Positions 28,163-37,479 are shown, numbered from the stretch's first letter. The stretch is DNA of 64,000 nucleotides from an uncultured Candidatus Binatia bacterium (GCA_965218305.1 OZ244617.1:2270061-2334060); one strand, 5' to 3'. Program-made: numbers and translations. Notes: generated from the letters alone by a model not told the origin.

Positions 28163-28912
28163 CTACATCATGATCGCTCCGCCGTTGACCACCATAGTCT
28201 GCCCGGTGACGAACCGTGCCCGGTCGCTGGCGAGGAAGACCGCCGCCCTGGCCATGTCCCGCGGCTGGCCGATGCGCCCCAGCGGGATTCTGGCCGCGCT
28301 GGCATAAAGCTCCTCTTCGGTCCGGTGGCCCCGGGGCTGCGCGGTGTCCGACACCCCGGGACAGATGCAGTTCACGGCGATGCCCGCGGGCGCCAGCTCC
28401 CGTGCCAGGCTTTTGGTGAAGCCGATGATGCCGCCCTTGGAGGCCGCGTAGTGGGCGCCGTTCCCGGCCCCCTGAAGGCCCCGGCCGGAGGTGATGCTGA
28501 TGATGCGGCCGCTTCGCTGTTGCAGCATCCGCGGCGTCACCGCGCGGCTGCACAGGAAGGTCCCGAACAGATTGGTGCCGATGACCCGCTCCCATTCGCT
28601 CTCGGGCATGTCCTCCACCGTATTGGTGGGGTAGATGCCGGCGTTGTTGACCAGGATGTCGACCTTGCCGAAACGGTCGAGGCAGGCCTGCACCATGGCG
28701 TCAACGGAGTCCTCCTGTGACACGTCGGTGGCGTGGCAAAGGGCCGTGCCGCCATTGTCTTCGATCTTCCGCTGCACCGCCTTGGCATTGTCCTCACGCA
28801 ACTCCGCCACCATCACGGCGGCGCCCTCTTCGGCCATCGCCACGGCAATGGCCTCGCCGATTCCCTGGCCGCTCCCGGTCACGATGGCCGTCCGCCCTTC
28901 GAGTCTACGCAT
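28163..28912 (-). CDS. SDR family oxidoreductase (FabG-like)
   Basis: TGSGQGIG, NNAG, YAASK, VNGG. Confidence 0.93.
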   Translation of the reverse strand: MRRLEGRTAIVTGSGQGIGEAIAVAMAEEGAAVMVAELREDNAKAVQRKIEDNGGTALCHATDVSQEDSVDAMVQACLDRFGKVDILVNNAGIYPTNTVEDMPESEWERVIGTNLFGTFLCSRAVTPRMLQQRSGRIISITSGRGLQGAGNGAHYAASKGGIIGFTKSLARELAPAGIAVNCICPGVSDTAQPRGHRTEEELYASAARIPLGRIGQPRDMARAAVFLASDRARFVTGQTMVVNGGAIMM

Positions 28913-29027
28913 AGGAATGCTATTTAGGACCTTTCGGCAACGTTGGCAACACGGGCCGCGGAATCAGCGTGGCCATTCGAGGGCCACGTAAGGGAGACAA
29001 GAATGCGCTCGGATCAGCCCTTCCTCC

Positions 29028-29054
29028 GGCTCCCGGATCAAGTCCGGGATGACG
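29028..29054 (-). repeat. CGTC-type palindromic repeat (family D)
   Basis: GGCTCCCGGATCAAGTCCGGGATGACG. Confidence 0.75.
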
Positions 29055-29098
29055 GTTGGGGCGTTGGCAGACGTTTCCTTTGAGGAGAACCAGGAGAA

Positions 29099-29893
29099 AT
29101 GAACACGGCAGTCCCGCTCGACATCCGCAACGTCTCGTACGCGGCGGCGCACCACACGATTCTCGACTCCATCGACTGGACCGTCGGACAGGGCGAGCAT
29201 TGGGTGATCCTGGGACCCAACGGCTCGGGCAAGACCACTTTGCTGAAGATGGCCTGCGGCTATCTGTGGCCCAACCAGGGCGGGGCCGTCTACCGCAACG
29301 GCAGCCGGCGGGTGGATCTTCGGGAGTTGCGCAAGGGTATCGGCTGGGTCACGATGTCGTTGACCTCCCAGATCCCGGGCCGGGAAAGGGCGTTGCGGAC
29401 GGTGGTATCGGGGAAGTTCGCGCAGATCGGCCTGCTGGAGATGTCCACGGTCCGTCCCAGCGAAGAAGACTACGCACGGGCCGAGGCGATCATGGAGCGT
29501 ATGGGATGCCGCCGCCTGAAGGACCAGGCATTCGGCACGCTGTCCCAGGGCGAGCAGCAGAAGGTCCTGATCAGCCGGGCGCTGATGACCCGTCCCTACC
29601 TGATGTTCCTCGACGAACCGTGCGCCGGCCTGGACCCGGGCGCCAGGGAAGGCCTGCTGGCGGCGCTCCAGGAACTGGGCCGCACCAGCGACGCCACCGC
29701 GCTGGTCTATGTCACCCATCACATCGAGGAGATCCTGCCCGCCTTCGAAAAGATCCTGGTGCTCAAGGGCGGCCGGGTCTTCCGCTCGGGCGACACGTCC
29801 AAGGTCATCACCGAGAGCCTGCTGCAGGAGCTCTACGAGACCCCGCTGGCCTTGAGGCGAAGCGACGGCCGGTACTGGACGGTGGGGGCCTGA
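29099..29893 (+). CDS. ABC transporter ATP-binding protein (ModF/YlmA-like, orphan)
   Basis: GEHWVILGPNGSGKTT, LSQGE, LDEPCAGLD, VTHHIEE. Confidence 0.9.
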   Translation: MNTAVPLDIRNVSYAAAHHTILDSIDWTVGQGEHWVILGPNGSGKTTLLKMACGYLWPNQGGAVYRNGSRRVDLRELRKGIGWVTMSLTSQIPGRERALRTVVSGKFAQIGLLEMSTVRPSEEDYARAEAIMERMGCRRLKDQAFGTLSQGEQQKVLISRALMTRPYLMFLDEPCAGLDPGAREGLLAALQELGRTSDATALVYVTHHIEEILPAFEKILVLKGGRVFRSGDTSKVITESLLQELYETPLALRRSDGRYWTVGA

Positions 29894-29938
29894 ACAACGT
29901 CATTTCCGCATCCACGGAATGACGAAAGGGAGAAGGAC

Positions 29939-30712
29939 TTGAAGGTTGTCACGTGGAATCTGAACTCGATCCGTGCGCGGGAGGAGCGTTTGTTGAGCTG
30001 GCTGTCACGACAGGCCCCCGACGTGGTGTGTCTGCAGGAGACCAAGGTCACCGACGAGCAGTTTCCCTACGAGGCCGTGAAGGAGCAGGGCTATCACGCC
30101 GCTGCGCACGGTCAGAAGACCTACAACGGCGTGGCAATCCTGTCGCGAGAGCCCATCGAGGACATCCGGGTCGGATTCGGTGACGGCGTCGACGATCCGC
30201 AGGCCCGCTGTATCTGCGGCATGGTCCAGGGCATCCGGTTCGTATCGGTTTACGTCCCCAACGGGGACAAGGTCGAGTCGGACAAGTACGTCTACAAGCG
30301 GGAATGGCTGGAGCGTCTGTTCGTCTATCTGGACAAGACTCACGCGCCGGAAACGCCGCTGCTGATCTCGGGCGATTTCAACATCGCACCGGACGTGGCG
30401 GACGTGGCGGATCCGGACGCGTGGCGGGGCAGCGTGCTGTTCAATCCCGACATGACCGGCGTGATCACGCGGCTGCTGGACTGGGGCCTCCAGGACGTGG
30501 TCCGGAAGCACAATCCGGAGCCGGGGCTCTATTCGTGGTGGGACTACCGGCAGCTCGGGTTCCCGCGCAACCAGGGGCTGCGCATCGATCACATCCTGAC
30601 CACGCCGGAGCTGGCTTTGCGTACGACGTCCGCCGGCGTCGACAGAGATGAACGGAAAGGCTCGAAGCCGTCGGATCACGCGCCGGTGATGGCGGAGCTG
30701 GATTGGCCGTAG
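29939..30712 (+). CDS. xth: Exodeoxyribonuclease III
   Basis: TWNLNSIR, LQETK, YNGVAILS, YVPNG, GDFN, SWWDYR, RIDH, SDHAPV. Confidence 0.96.
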   Translation: MKVVTWNLNSIRAREERLLSWLSRQAPDVVCLQETKVTDEQFPYEAVKEQGYHAAAHGQKTYNGVAILSREPIEDIRVGFGDGVDDPQARCICGMVQGIRFVSVYVPNGDKVESDKYVYKREWLERLFVYLDKTHAPETPLLISGDFNIAPDVADVADPDAWRGSVLFNPDMTGVITRLLDWGLQDVVRKHNPEPGLYSWWDYRQLGFPRNQGLRIDHILTTPELALRTTSAGVDRDERKGSKPSDHAPVMAELDWP

Positions 30713-30785
30713 GGCTCGTCCGTTACGGTGCGATCTCGGGAGTTGTCTGAAGAAAGCTGATCTGACGGACCAAGCCTGGGAGCCT

Positions 30786-30813
30786 GTAGGGGCGACCGGC
30801 CGGTCGCCCCTAC
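30786..30813. repeat. Perfect 28-bp palindrome, GTAG-type REP (family C)
   Basis: GTAGGGGCGACCGG CCGGTCGCCCCTAC. Confidence 0.85.
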
Positions 30814-30891
30814 AACGTTTGCAGCAAAGACTCCTAACGAGGGCAGGACGCCCTCGCCCCCAGGAACCCGTGTCACGCGTTCAGCCGGTTA

Positions 30892-31401
30892 CTACTTACG
30901 CGGCACCGCCGCCCATGCCTCGATCTCGATGAGCATGTCCTGCAGGTCGATGCCCACGCCGCGTAGCAGGGTGGCGGGTCGAGGATGGGCTCGCAGATCG
31001 GGCTCGTGCTCCTCGAAGAACGCGTACATCGCGTCGCGCATGTCGAACACGTCCTCTCTTCGCGTGAGGAAGTAGCGCACCATGACGATGTGCTTGAGCT
31101 CGCCGCCCATCATCTCGAGATTGTCCTTGATGTCCTGCCAGGCCTGACGCGTCTGCTCCTTGATGCCGCCGACGACCTTGCCGCGGCCGGTCCGCTCCTC
31201 GTTGGGTTCCCGGCAGGGCGCGTCCTCGAACGGATCGCGTCCGGTGGAACCCGAAAGGAACAGAATATCCACGTCACCCCGGGTGCGGAAACCCGTGGCC
31301 CAGTTCATCCTCTCCTTGTGATAGTGCGGCCACAGCGTGCCCCAGTCGTATTCGGTTTTCTCGGCTTCCTGCCGTTTGACCGCTTCATCGTTGGTTGCCA
31401 T
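30892..31401 (-). CDS. RidA/YjgF/UK114 family protein (apparently lacking the RidA catalytic Arg)
   Basis: LFLSGSTG, EQTRQAW..IK..L, RPATLL, LIEIEAWA. Confidence 0.82.
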   Translation of the reverse strand: MATNDEAVKRQEAEKTEYDWGTLWPHYHKERMNWATGFRTRGDVDILFLSGSTGRDPFEDAPCREPNEERTGRGKVVGGIKEQTRQAWQDIKDNLEMMGGELKHIVMVRYFLTRREDVFDMRDAMYAFFEEHEPDLRAHPRPATLLRGVGIDLQDMLIEIEAWAAVPRK

Positions 31402-31468
31402 TGTGCATCGCCTCCTTGTGGTTTGAGTTGATACTTCAGAATTCGCGAAGCCGGGATGGGGCGGAGCC

Positions 31469-32071
31469 CTATCCCAGGCCGACGAAGGGAATAGTCTTGC
31501 CCTCGGTGCGCTCGATATAGCGCACGAACCGGTACTTGTACTCCGCCAGATCGACGCTGGGGCGCGGGATCTCGCGGTGCCAGAGGCTCTCCTCGACCTT
31601 GCACACCACGTAGTGGAGCCCCTCGCCGGTCACACCCGGCAGGCCGTGCTCCTTGAAGCCGTCGAGGTCGTCCACGGTCACGGCGTTTTCGATTCCCGAG
31701 GCCCGGGCGACGGCGGCGAGGTCGGTCTTGCCCGACGTTGCCGTAGGCTCGCTCATGGTGCTGCCGCTGTAGACCTCGTTGTCGAACACGAACACCGTCA
31801 GGTTGGACAGATTGAGGTTGCCCAGGGTCGGCAGATTGAACAGCGACAGCAGGACGCTGCCGTCCGATTCGAGCACGATGACGCGGCGGTGGGGCAGCGC
31901 CAGCGCCAGTCCCATGCCCACGCCCGTGGCGCACCCCATCATTCCCACCAGCAGGTTGCCCTCGTGCTGGGACAGGTGGAACCATTCGATGCGCTGCCCG
32001 CTCTGGGAGCTGAGCACCAGTTGATCGGTCATCAACGGCGCGATGAGCTCGAGACAGTCGCGCCGGATCAT
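31469..32071 (-). CDS. TPP-dependent decarboxylase beta subunit (ComE/phosphonopyruvate decarboxylase-like)
   Basis: GMMG...GMGLALA, ESDGSVLL...FDNEVY TPP-binding motif, TDLAAVA. Confidence 0.85.
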   Translation of the reverse strand: MIRRDCLELIAPLMTDQLVLSSQSGQRIEWFHLSQHEGNLLVGMMGCATGVGMGLALALPHRRVIVLESDGSVLLSLFNLPTLGNLNLSNLTVFVFDNEVYSGSTMSEPTATSGKTDLAAVARASGIENAVTVDDLDGFKEHGLPGVTGEGLHYVVCKVEESLWHREIPRPSVDLAEYKYRFVRYIERTEGKTIPFVGLG

Positions 32072-32574
32072 CGGGCGAACTCCCCGGAAAAGATCAATGC
32101 GGCCGGCGCCCGCATGGAATCGCTGACCCGCTGGGCGTCCCTGATGTGCCGCTCGAGGTTCTCAGCGTTCTCGATCACCCGGTATTCGAGGCCCAGCCCT
32201 TCGAGGGTGGGGATCATCCGCATGCCGATGGTCACGTAGAGGAAGCTGTTCCGTTGATCGGCAAAACTGCCCAGAAAGCCGATGAGCAGCAGGATCGGCA
32301 CGCCCATCTGCTTTCCCACGGTGAGCAGCGAGTAGGCGGACACGTAGGGCCCCGTGCTCTCCATGTAGCAGGCCACCCGCTTGCCGCCGAGGGCCGCGCC
32401 CGCGGCGATGGTGATGGCCTCCTGCTCGCTGGCCGTCGCCACCATCTGCACGGTGCCGTCCTCCCGCAGCAGCGGCAGGATCTGACTCAGGCGGCTCTCC
32501 GGCAGGTAGGTGATGAAATCGATGCCCGCCGCCTTCAAGCCGTGGACGATCTTCTTAGCCAATACTGGTTCCAT
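32068..32574 (-). CDS. TPP-dependent decarboxylase alpha subunit (ComD-like)
   Basis: LKAAGIDF..LPES, SEQEA..IAAGAALGG; ATGA overlap with beta subunit. Confidence 0.85.
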   Translation of the reverse strand: MEPVLAKKIVHGLKAAGIDFITYLPESRLSQILPLLREDGTVQMVATASEQEAITIAAGAALGGKRVACYMESTGPYVSAYSLLTVGKQMGVPILLLIGFLGSFADQRNSFLYVTIGMRMIPTLEGLGLEYRVIENAENLERHIRDAQRVSDSMRAPAALIFSGEFAR

Positions 32575-32595
32575 GAGAGTTTCCTGGTCCGACCG

Positions 32596-33870
32596 CTATC
32601 GGTTCCAATTGCAGATGGTCGCCGCGGACAGGGCATAGATCTTGGCCGCGCGCACGATCTCGTCGATGTCGATCTGCTCCGACCGGGTGGTAAAGCGGCC
32701 GCCGCCGAGGCCGAACTTGCAGGCGGGAATGCCCATCTCGTTGTAGATGTTGGTGTCGGTCCAGATGCTGGAGCGGAACGTGTTGGCCGGGGTGGTCTTC
32801 TCGCCGAAGAGCTCCTGGTGCGTCTCCTCGATGACCTCCACCACCGGCTCGATGCCCTTGGCCTCGTAGCCCATTTTCGACGTGTACATCTCGATGTCGT
32901 ACTCGTAGCCGGTGGCGTCCATGACCGCGCGCAACTGGCGCTGCACCTCGATGGGCCGAAGCGCGGGCGGGATGCGCACGTCCACGTACAGGGAGCAGAT
33001 GCCGGGGTAGTAGTTGGGCCGGTAGGGAGCGCCTCCCTGCACCGAGCCGATGTTGACCTTGGGAATGATCGGGCCGTTGGCCGACTGGTAGACGTGGTTG
33101 GCCTCGAACCCCTCGGCCCAGGCGTCCACCGCCTGCACCACCTTGGCCATCTTGAGCACCGCGCTGTTCTCCTCGGGCGGCTCTTGCGTCCGGGTGACGC
33201 CCCAGGCCGCGTGGGGATTGCCGAAGGTGTCGATCTTGAACTGGGCCACGCCGGCCTGGGTCCAGATAACGGACAACGCCGAGCGGTCCGCCACGATGGC
33301 GTAGTCGGACTGGACGCCGTAGGTCAGCAGGTGGCGGGTGCCGGTCCCCTCCCCGCGGTACAGTCCGGACTGGTACGGCCCGATGGGAGTGCGGGAGATC
33401 TCGCCCGCCACGGCCGCGAGGATCAGGTCTCCCTTGACGGCCACGCCGCTCTGCTTGAGCGCCTTGCCGGCCACCATGAAGGCCGCCAGACCCGACTTCA
33501 TGTTGGACGCCGCCAGCCCGAACACCTTACCGTCCCGGATGGCGCCGCGTAGCTCGCTCTGGGGCTCGAGCTCCCGGCACAGCATCAGGTCGTCTTCCTG
33601 TCCGGTGAAGCTCGTGTCCATGTGGCCGTTGATCATCAACGACACCCCGCCGCCGGTACCCTGGAGCACGCCCACCGCATTCACGCGGTTGGGGTCGATC
33701 TCCTGCCGGATGGGCTTGAGGCCGTTGCGTCGGTACCAGTCGAGAATGAACTCGCCGATCTCCTTCTCGGACCCGGTGGGGCTCAGGATGTCCACGAGGT
33801 CCCGGGTGAGCTCGGCCAGCTCCTGGCCGTCGATGTGCTGGAGGATTTGTTCCTTGGTGCTGTTGTCCAT
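32596..33870 (-). CDS. M20 (ArgE/DapE-like) metallopeptidase-fold protein with altered metal ligands
   Basis: SPTGSE, LMINGHMDT, SNMKSG, GDLILAAVAGEI, NIGSVQGG, GIPACKFG. Confidence 0.85.
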   Translation of the reverse strand: MDNSTKEQILQHIDGQELAELTRDLVDILSPTGSEKEIGEFILDWYRRNGLKPIRQEIDPNRVNAVGVLQGTGGGVSLMINGHMDTSFTGQEDDLMLCRELEPQSELRGAIRDGKVFGLAASNMKSGLAAFMVAGKALKQSGVAVKGDLILAAVAGEISRTPIGPYQSGLYRGEGTGTRHLLTYGVQSDYAIVADRSALSVIWTQAGVAQFKIDTFGNPHAAWGVTRTQEPPEENSAVLKMAKVVQAVDAWAEGFEANHVYQSANGPIIPKVNIGSVQGGAPYRPNYYPGICSLYVDVRIPPALRPIEVQRQLRAVMDATGYEYDIEMYTSKMGYEAKGIEPVVEVIEETHQELFGEKTTPANTFRSSIWTDTNIYNEMGIPACKFGLGGGRFTTRSEQIDIDEIVRAAKIYALSAATICNWNR

Positions 33871-33895
33871 ATTGTCGGGGTGTGTTGGCGGTTGC

Positions 33896-34072
33896 TTAAC
33901 TCTTCCGTTGCTTGTCGATCTTCATGATGGGCATGACCCCGGCGACGTCGACCTTGTAGAGATCCTGCAACAGCCGGTGGGTTTCCTCCGCCTGTTTCGC
34001 AATGGACTCGATTTCGTCCTCGCTGAGATTGAACCCGTACTCCTTGTCGATCTGTCGAATCTGATCCTTCAC
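33896..34072 (-). CDS. Small 58-aa acidic helical protein (GatC/AtzG-like)
   Basis: GGAGGA RBS, GTG start, MKDQIRQIDKEYGFNLSEDEIESIAKQAEE...; 25 bp upstream of the M20 gene. Confidence 0.65.
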   Translation of the reverse strand: MKDQIRQIDKEYGFNLSEDEIESIAKQAEETHRLLQDLYKVDVAGVMPIMKIDKQRKS

Positions 34073-34209
34073 GGCCGTTCCTCCGATCTGCGAACGTCTG
34101 TCAGGAGATTGCGTGTGGCACGAGTCGATGGCCCTCGAACCGCTCGTAACATGGAGGCTGGAGCGTGTCAACGCGGCTCCGGCCGCGGACGCGGGCTGCC
34201 TCGGCGGAT

Positions 34210-35307
34210 CTACAGATTCAGCAACTCCACGGCGTTCCCGCCCAGGATCCTGGCCTTCTGGCTGTCGGTGATGTCGGTTCTTGCCTCGATACCCGAAACC
34301 GTGTGCGGGTATTCCGAATCGAAATGCGGATAGTCCGTGGCCATGAAGATGCGGTCCTCGCCCAGCTCCCGGATGGGGGTCGCCAGGTCGCCCTCGTCGG
34401 CCTCGCAGGTGACGTAGCAGTTGCGCTTGATGTATTCCGACGGGGCCATGGACAGGTGGCCCGTGAGCTGCGAGAAATCCTTGGCCCATTCGTAGTCGTC
34501 GTCCATCCGGTGCATCCAGAACAGGATCCATTCCGCGCTGCACTCGAAGAACACCACCTTGAGACGCGGAAACTTCTCGAACACCCCGCCCAGCACCAAC
34601 GCGATGAGCGCCGCCGTGCAGTTCATCACACGACCCATGACGTGAGTCTTGTAGAAGTTGTCGAACCGGTCCGTCAGGTCGCCGTTGCTGTTGGGATGAC
34701 AGAAGAGCGGAACGCCGAGATCCTGAACCGTTTCATAGTACGGATAGAACACCGGATCATCCATGTTCCTCGAACCCACGTAGGGCACCAGATGGGTAGC
34801 CTTGAAACCCAGATCCTTGACGCAACGCGTCACCTCGTCCGGCATCGCCTCCGGGCAACCCGCCGGGGCCACGGCACACGGCAGGAACGTGTCCTCGTAG
34901 CCCTTGACGAGGTTCGCCACCCAGTCGTTGAACGCCCGCGCCACCGCCGCGCCCAGGCGGCCCTGGTTCTGGGTGGCGATGCTGATGCCGGTGGGAAAGA
35001 TGATCTCCTTGTCGATCCCTTCCTTGCCGATGTCCTCCAGCCGCCGCGCCATGTCGTAGCCGCCCACCTGCCGCTCGGCGATCTCCCCCGCGCGCCAGTT
35101 CACCTTCGGGTCGTAGATGTAGGGGTGCTTGTGGGTCGCAAGCCCCTGAGGGTTGAGCGGCTCGAGGGAGTGGATGAAGCGCGTCCCGTGGCTCCTGCCC
35201 TCGTCGTTGGCCTTCCTCGGCGTGAACTGCGCGAACGGCTCGCCGAGCTTGTATACCTCGTCCATGAAATAGCCTTCGCGCAAATGCGAATCGAGATCGA
35301 TGATCAT
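34210..35307 (-). CDS. Amidohydrolase_2 family metal-dependent hydrolase/decarboxylase
   Basis: IIDLDSH, LFCHP, GVFEKFPRLK, MATDYPHFD, ILGGNA. Confidence 0.92.
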   Translation of the reverse strand: MIIDLDSHLREGYFMDEVYKLGEPFAQFTPRKANDEGRSHGTRFIHSLEPLNPQGLATHKHPYIYDPKVNWRAGEIAERQVGGYDMARRLEDIGKEGIDKEIIFPTGISIATQNQGRLGAAVARAFNDWVANLVKGYEDTFLPCAVAPAGCPEAMPDEVTRCVKDLGFKATHLVPYVGSRNMDDPVFYPYYETVQDLGVPLFCHPNSNGDLTDRFDNFYKTHVMGRVMNCTAALIALVLGGVFEKFPRLKVVFFECSAEWILFWMHRMDDDYEWAKDFSQLTGHLSMAPSEYIKRNCYVTCEADEGDLATPIRELGEDRIFMATDYPHFDSEYPHTVSGIEARTDITDSQKARILGGNAVELLNL

Positions 35308-35406
35308 GGCTTTCCCTCCGTTTCAGCAATGGTCAGGGGCGCAGACTAACACTCGCGCGGAGGGCCAGCAAGGCGAAGGGCGCCGAGGGAGGGTACACTC
35401 CCAGGT

Positions 35407-35760
35407 TCAGGCTTGGGTCATGCGCATCGGTTGCAAGGTTCGGCTAAAAGGATTGAGCACCAGCCCCAGGATTTCCAGCGTAACGACGCCCAGCAGGGCG
35501 GCGTCATCTTCCTCCCCCAGGATGACCGGGCTGTGGGACTGGCCCTGAGGAAGAATCAGGTAACACTCGGACACGCCCCGCTCCACCGTGGCGCCGTCGG
35601 CCAGAACAAAGGTCATTTCCCGGCTTGGCCTCAGTCCCAGAGACTCCCAGACCGACTTGGGCAGCAGCGAGTACCTGGCCCCGCTGTCCACCAGAAACCG
35701 GACCGCCTGCTCCTGTCCTCCGGTGCCCCGAGCGACACCGTCAATATAGGTCACTCCCAT
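35407..35760 (-). CDS. Retropepsin-like (clan AA) aspartyl protease
   Basis: MGVTY..., FLVDSGA, LADG, LLGVVTLEILGL..NP. Confidence 0.85.
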   Translation of the reverse strand: MGVTYIDGVARGTGGQEQAVRFLVDSGARYSLLPKSVWESLGLRPSREMTFVLADGATVERGVSECYLILPQGQSHSPVILGEEDDAALLGVVTLEILGLVLNPFSRTLQPMRMTQA

Positions 35761-35999
35761 CTCTTCATCCTCCCGCACATTGGATTTTACAGTCTCGGCT
35801 TCCAGTAACGCAAATCCGAGGCCAACGCCGCCCTGCGCCCGAGGGCTAACCAAGCGTTCTCGGGGACGCACCCGGGGGATCATGACTGGACTCGTGCGAA
35901 CGTGTTCCCGACACGCGACACCGCTCGAAGTCTTGACATGGGGCCTCAGCTTCTAGTCAGATTATTAGCTAAGTCAGTCCATCTTAAGGAGACAAAGTC

Positions 36000-36062
36000 A
36001 TGCCCGTGGTCAACGTCCATCAAGCCAAGACTCAGCTTTCCCGCCTGTCGGGCGGCTCGTGA
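36000..36062 (+). pseudogene. Truncated Phd/YefM-type antitoxin (20 codons)
   Basis: TAAGGAG RBS, MPVVNVHQAKTQLSRL (Phd N-terminal signature) then SGGS-stop; TTGACA at 35933. Confidence 0.7.
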
Positions 36063-36338
36063 CCGAAGCCGAAGTACTGGCCTGGCTTACGCTCAGCGCA
36101 GCGGCGCGCCGTGACGGCCGTCCCCTCTGCGGCCCGTGGTCCACTGCTTCGTGCGGTGGACGAGTCCAAGAAGCCGTCGTGGCCTTGATCCGGCCCGCCG
36201 GCGCCCTCGAAATGAAGCGTTGCTTCACCGGCCCGCGATAGGGAAAGCCGCCTTCGGCGTGGGTCAGCGTGTACCGGCTGCACACGGTCAAACTCACGTC
36301 CAATCAACGTCGAAGGCCAACGCGCCGCGCCGCTCTCC

Positions 36339-36367
36339 TTGACACCCCGGAAGCCGGAGCCCACAAT
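36339..36367 (+). promoter_or_regulatory. Putative sigma70 promoter
   Basis: TTGACA-N17-CACAAT. Confidence 0.55.
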
Positions 36368-36428
36368 GGAACACGGTGCAATGCGACCCGGACCCTTCCG
36401 GGCAAAACGGGCGATCGAACCTTGACCC

Positions 36429-36575
36429 ATGATCGAACTACTGGTGACCTATCCGGGTCTCGTCTTCATCGGGCTGTCGCTGCTGGTGGTTCTCGATACG
36501 GTGAGCGGGAATCTGCCTCCGGCGGCGCTGGTTCCGTTTGCGCTCGGCACGGTGCTGGCGGTGATACTGCTGTGA
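36429..36575 (+). CDS. Small 48-aa two-TM membrane protein (below ORF-track cutoff)
   Basis: MIELLVTYPGLVFIGLSLLVVLDTVSGNLPPAALVPFALGTVLAVILL; downstream of the promoter-like motif. Confidence 0.55.
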   Translation: MIELLVTYPGLVFIGLSLLVVLDTVSGNLPPAALVPFALGTVLAVILL

Positions 36576-36644
36576 CACCGTTTGAACGGCCTGGAGACCA
36601 CCTTGGCGTCACCGGATGATACGAATGGCAGGACGGGAAAAACA

Positions 36645-37424
36645 ATGAGATCCCTGACGTGGGCGACCGGTGGAGCCGCCTTCCTGACGGCCTTCCTGGC
36701 GTGCGGGACCGGCTTCCCGCAAAGCGCTCCCACGGACCGGGACGGCCGCGCGTCCCCGATACTTCGTCAGGGCACGATTCATGAAGAGGATCTGTCCGGG
36801 ACCGCTCGGGCACCCGCGCCGACGGTGCCGGAAGCGGATCCCACGGGAAGCCCCGACACTTCGCCGGCACGCGAGTCGCGCGAGGGCACCCTGCCCGTGC
36901 CGGCAACACCGGCGAGACCCCCGACGACGAGCCTGGACGACAGGCTCGCGGGCAACCGCGGCGACTCCGCGGACCCGGACGGCTCGTACGAGTTGCCCCC
37001 CTTTGCGAGTTTCGACGGCACGACCTTGCCGCGGCGAAGAGCATCCGTGAAGCTGGTACAGCAGGGTCAGGACCTTCTCAGGACGAAGAACTACAAGGCT
37101 GCGCTGTCGCAGTTCGAGCGCGCCATCGGCCTTGACGTGACCAATCCCTACAGCCACTACTTCGTGGCTCGCGCGCACTATTTTCTCGACAACTACCGCC
37201 AATCCTTGAGCTTTCTCGATGTGGCGGAGCAGAAGCTGGCGGCCGATGGCCGATGGCTCGCGGAGATCCATGTCCTGCGGGCGCGCAACGCAACCGCCCT
37301 CGGTTTTCATGGACAGGCGGACATCAACTACATCCGGGCGCTCGCGCTCGATCCGCGTCACGGATTCGCGCTTGCTCGGCTCACCACCATCAAAACCCTC
37401 GCCCGAACGGACCGGAACCGGTAA
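36645..37424 (+). CDS. Exported TPR-repeat protein with Pro/Thr-rich N-terminal linker
   Basis: Signal-like N-terminus; TPR-like FERAIGLDVTNPYSHYFVARAH and YIRALALDP. Confidence 0.75.
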   Translation: MRSLTWATGGAAFLTAFLACGTGFPQSAPTDRDGRASPILRQGTIHEEDLSGTARAPAPTVPEADPTGSPDTSPARESREGTLPVPATPARPPTTSLDDRLAGNRGDSADPDGSYELPPFASFDGTTLPRRRASVKLVQQGQDLLRTKNYKAALSQFERAIGLDVTNPYSHYFVARAHYFLDNYRQSLSFLDVAEQKLAADGRWLAEIHVLRARNATALGFHGQADINYIRALALDPRHGFALARLTTIKTLARTDRNR

Positions 37425-37479
37425 AGGGGGACGGGCCCCCTGGTGTGGCGCCTTACGAACGTATTGGTGCGACAGCGAG

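Noticed and set aside
190-30813. CRISPR array from the repeated palindromes
   Set aside because: Copies are dispersed singles or inverted pairs, not regularly spaced direct repeats; no cas genes.
6741-32574. Coenzyme M pathway linking the MetE-like and ComDE-like genes
   Set aside because: They are about 24 kb apart, no other CoM or alkene-oxidation genes are present, and both families are broad.
36059-36303. Toxin gene downstream of the Phd fragment
   Set aside because: Short ORFs on both strands lack PIN, RelE or Doc motifs.
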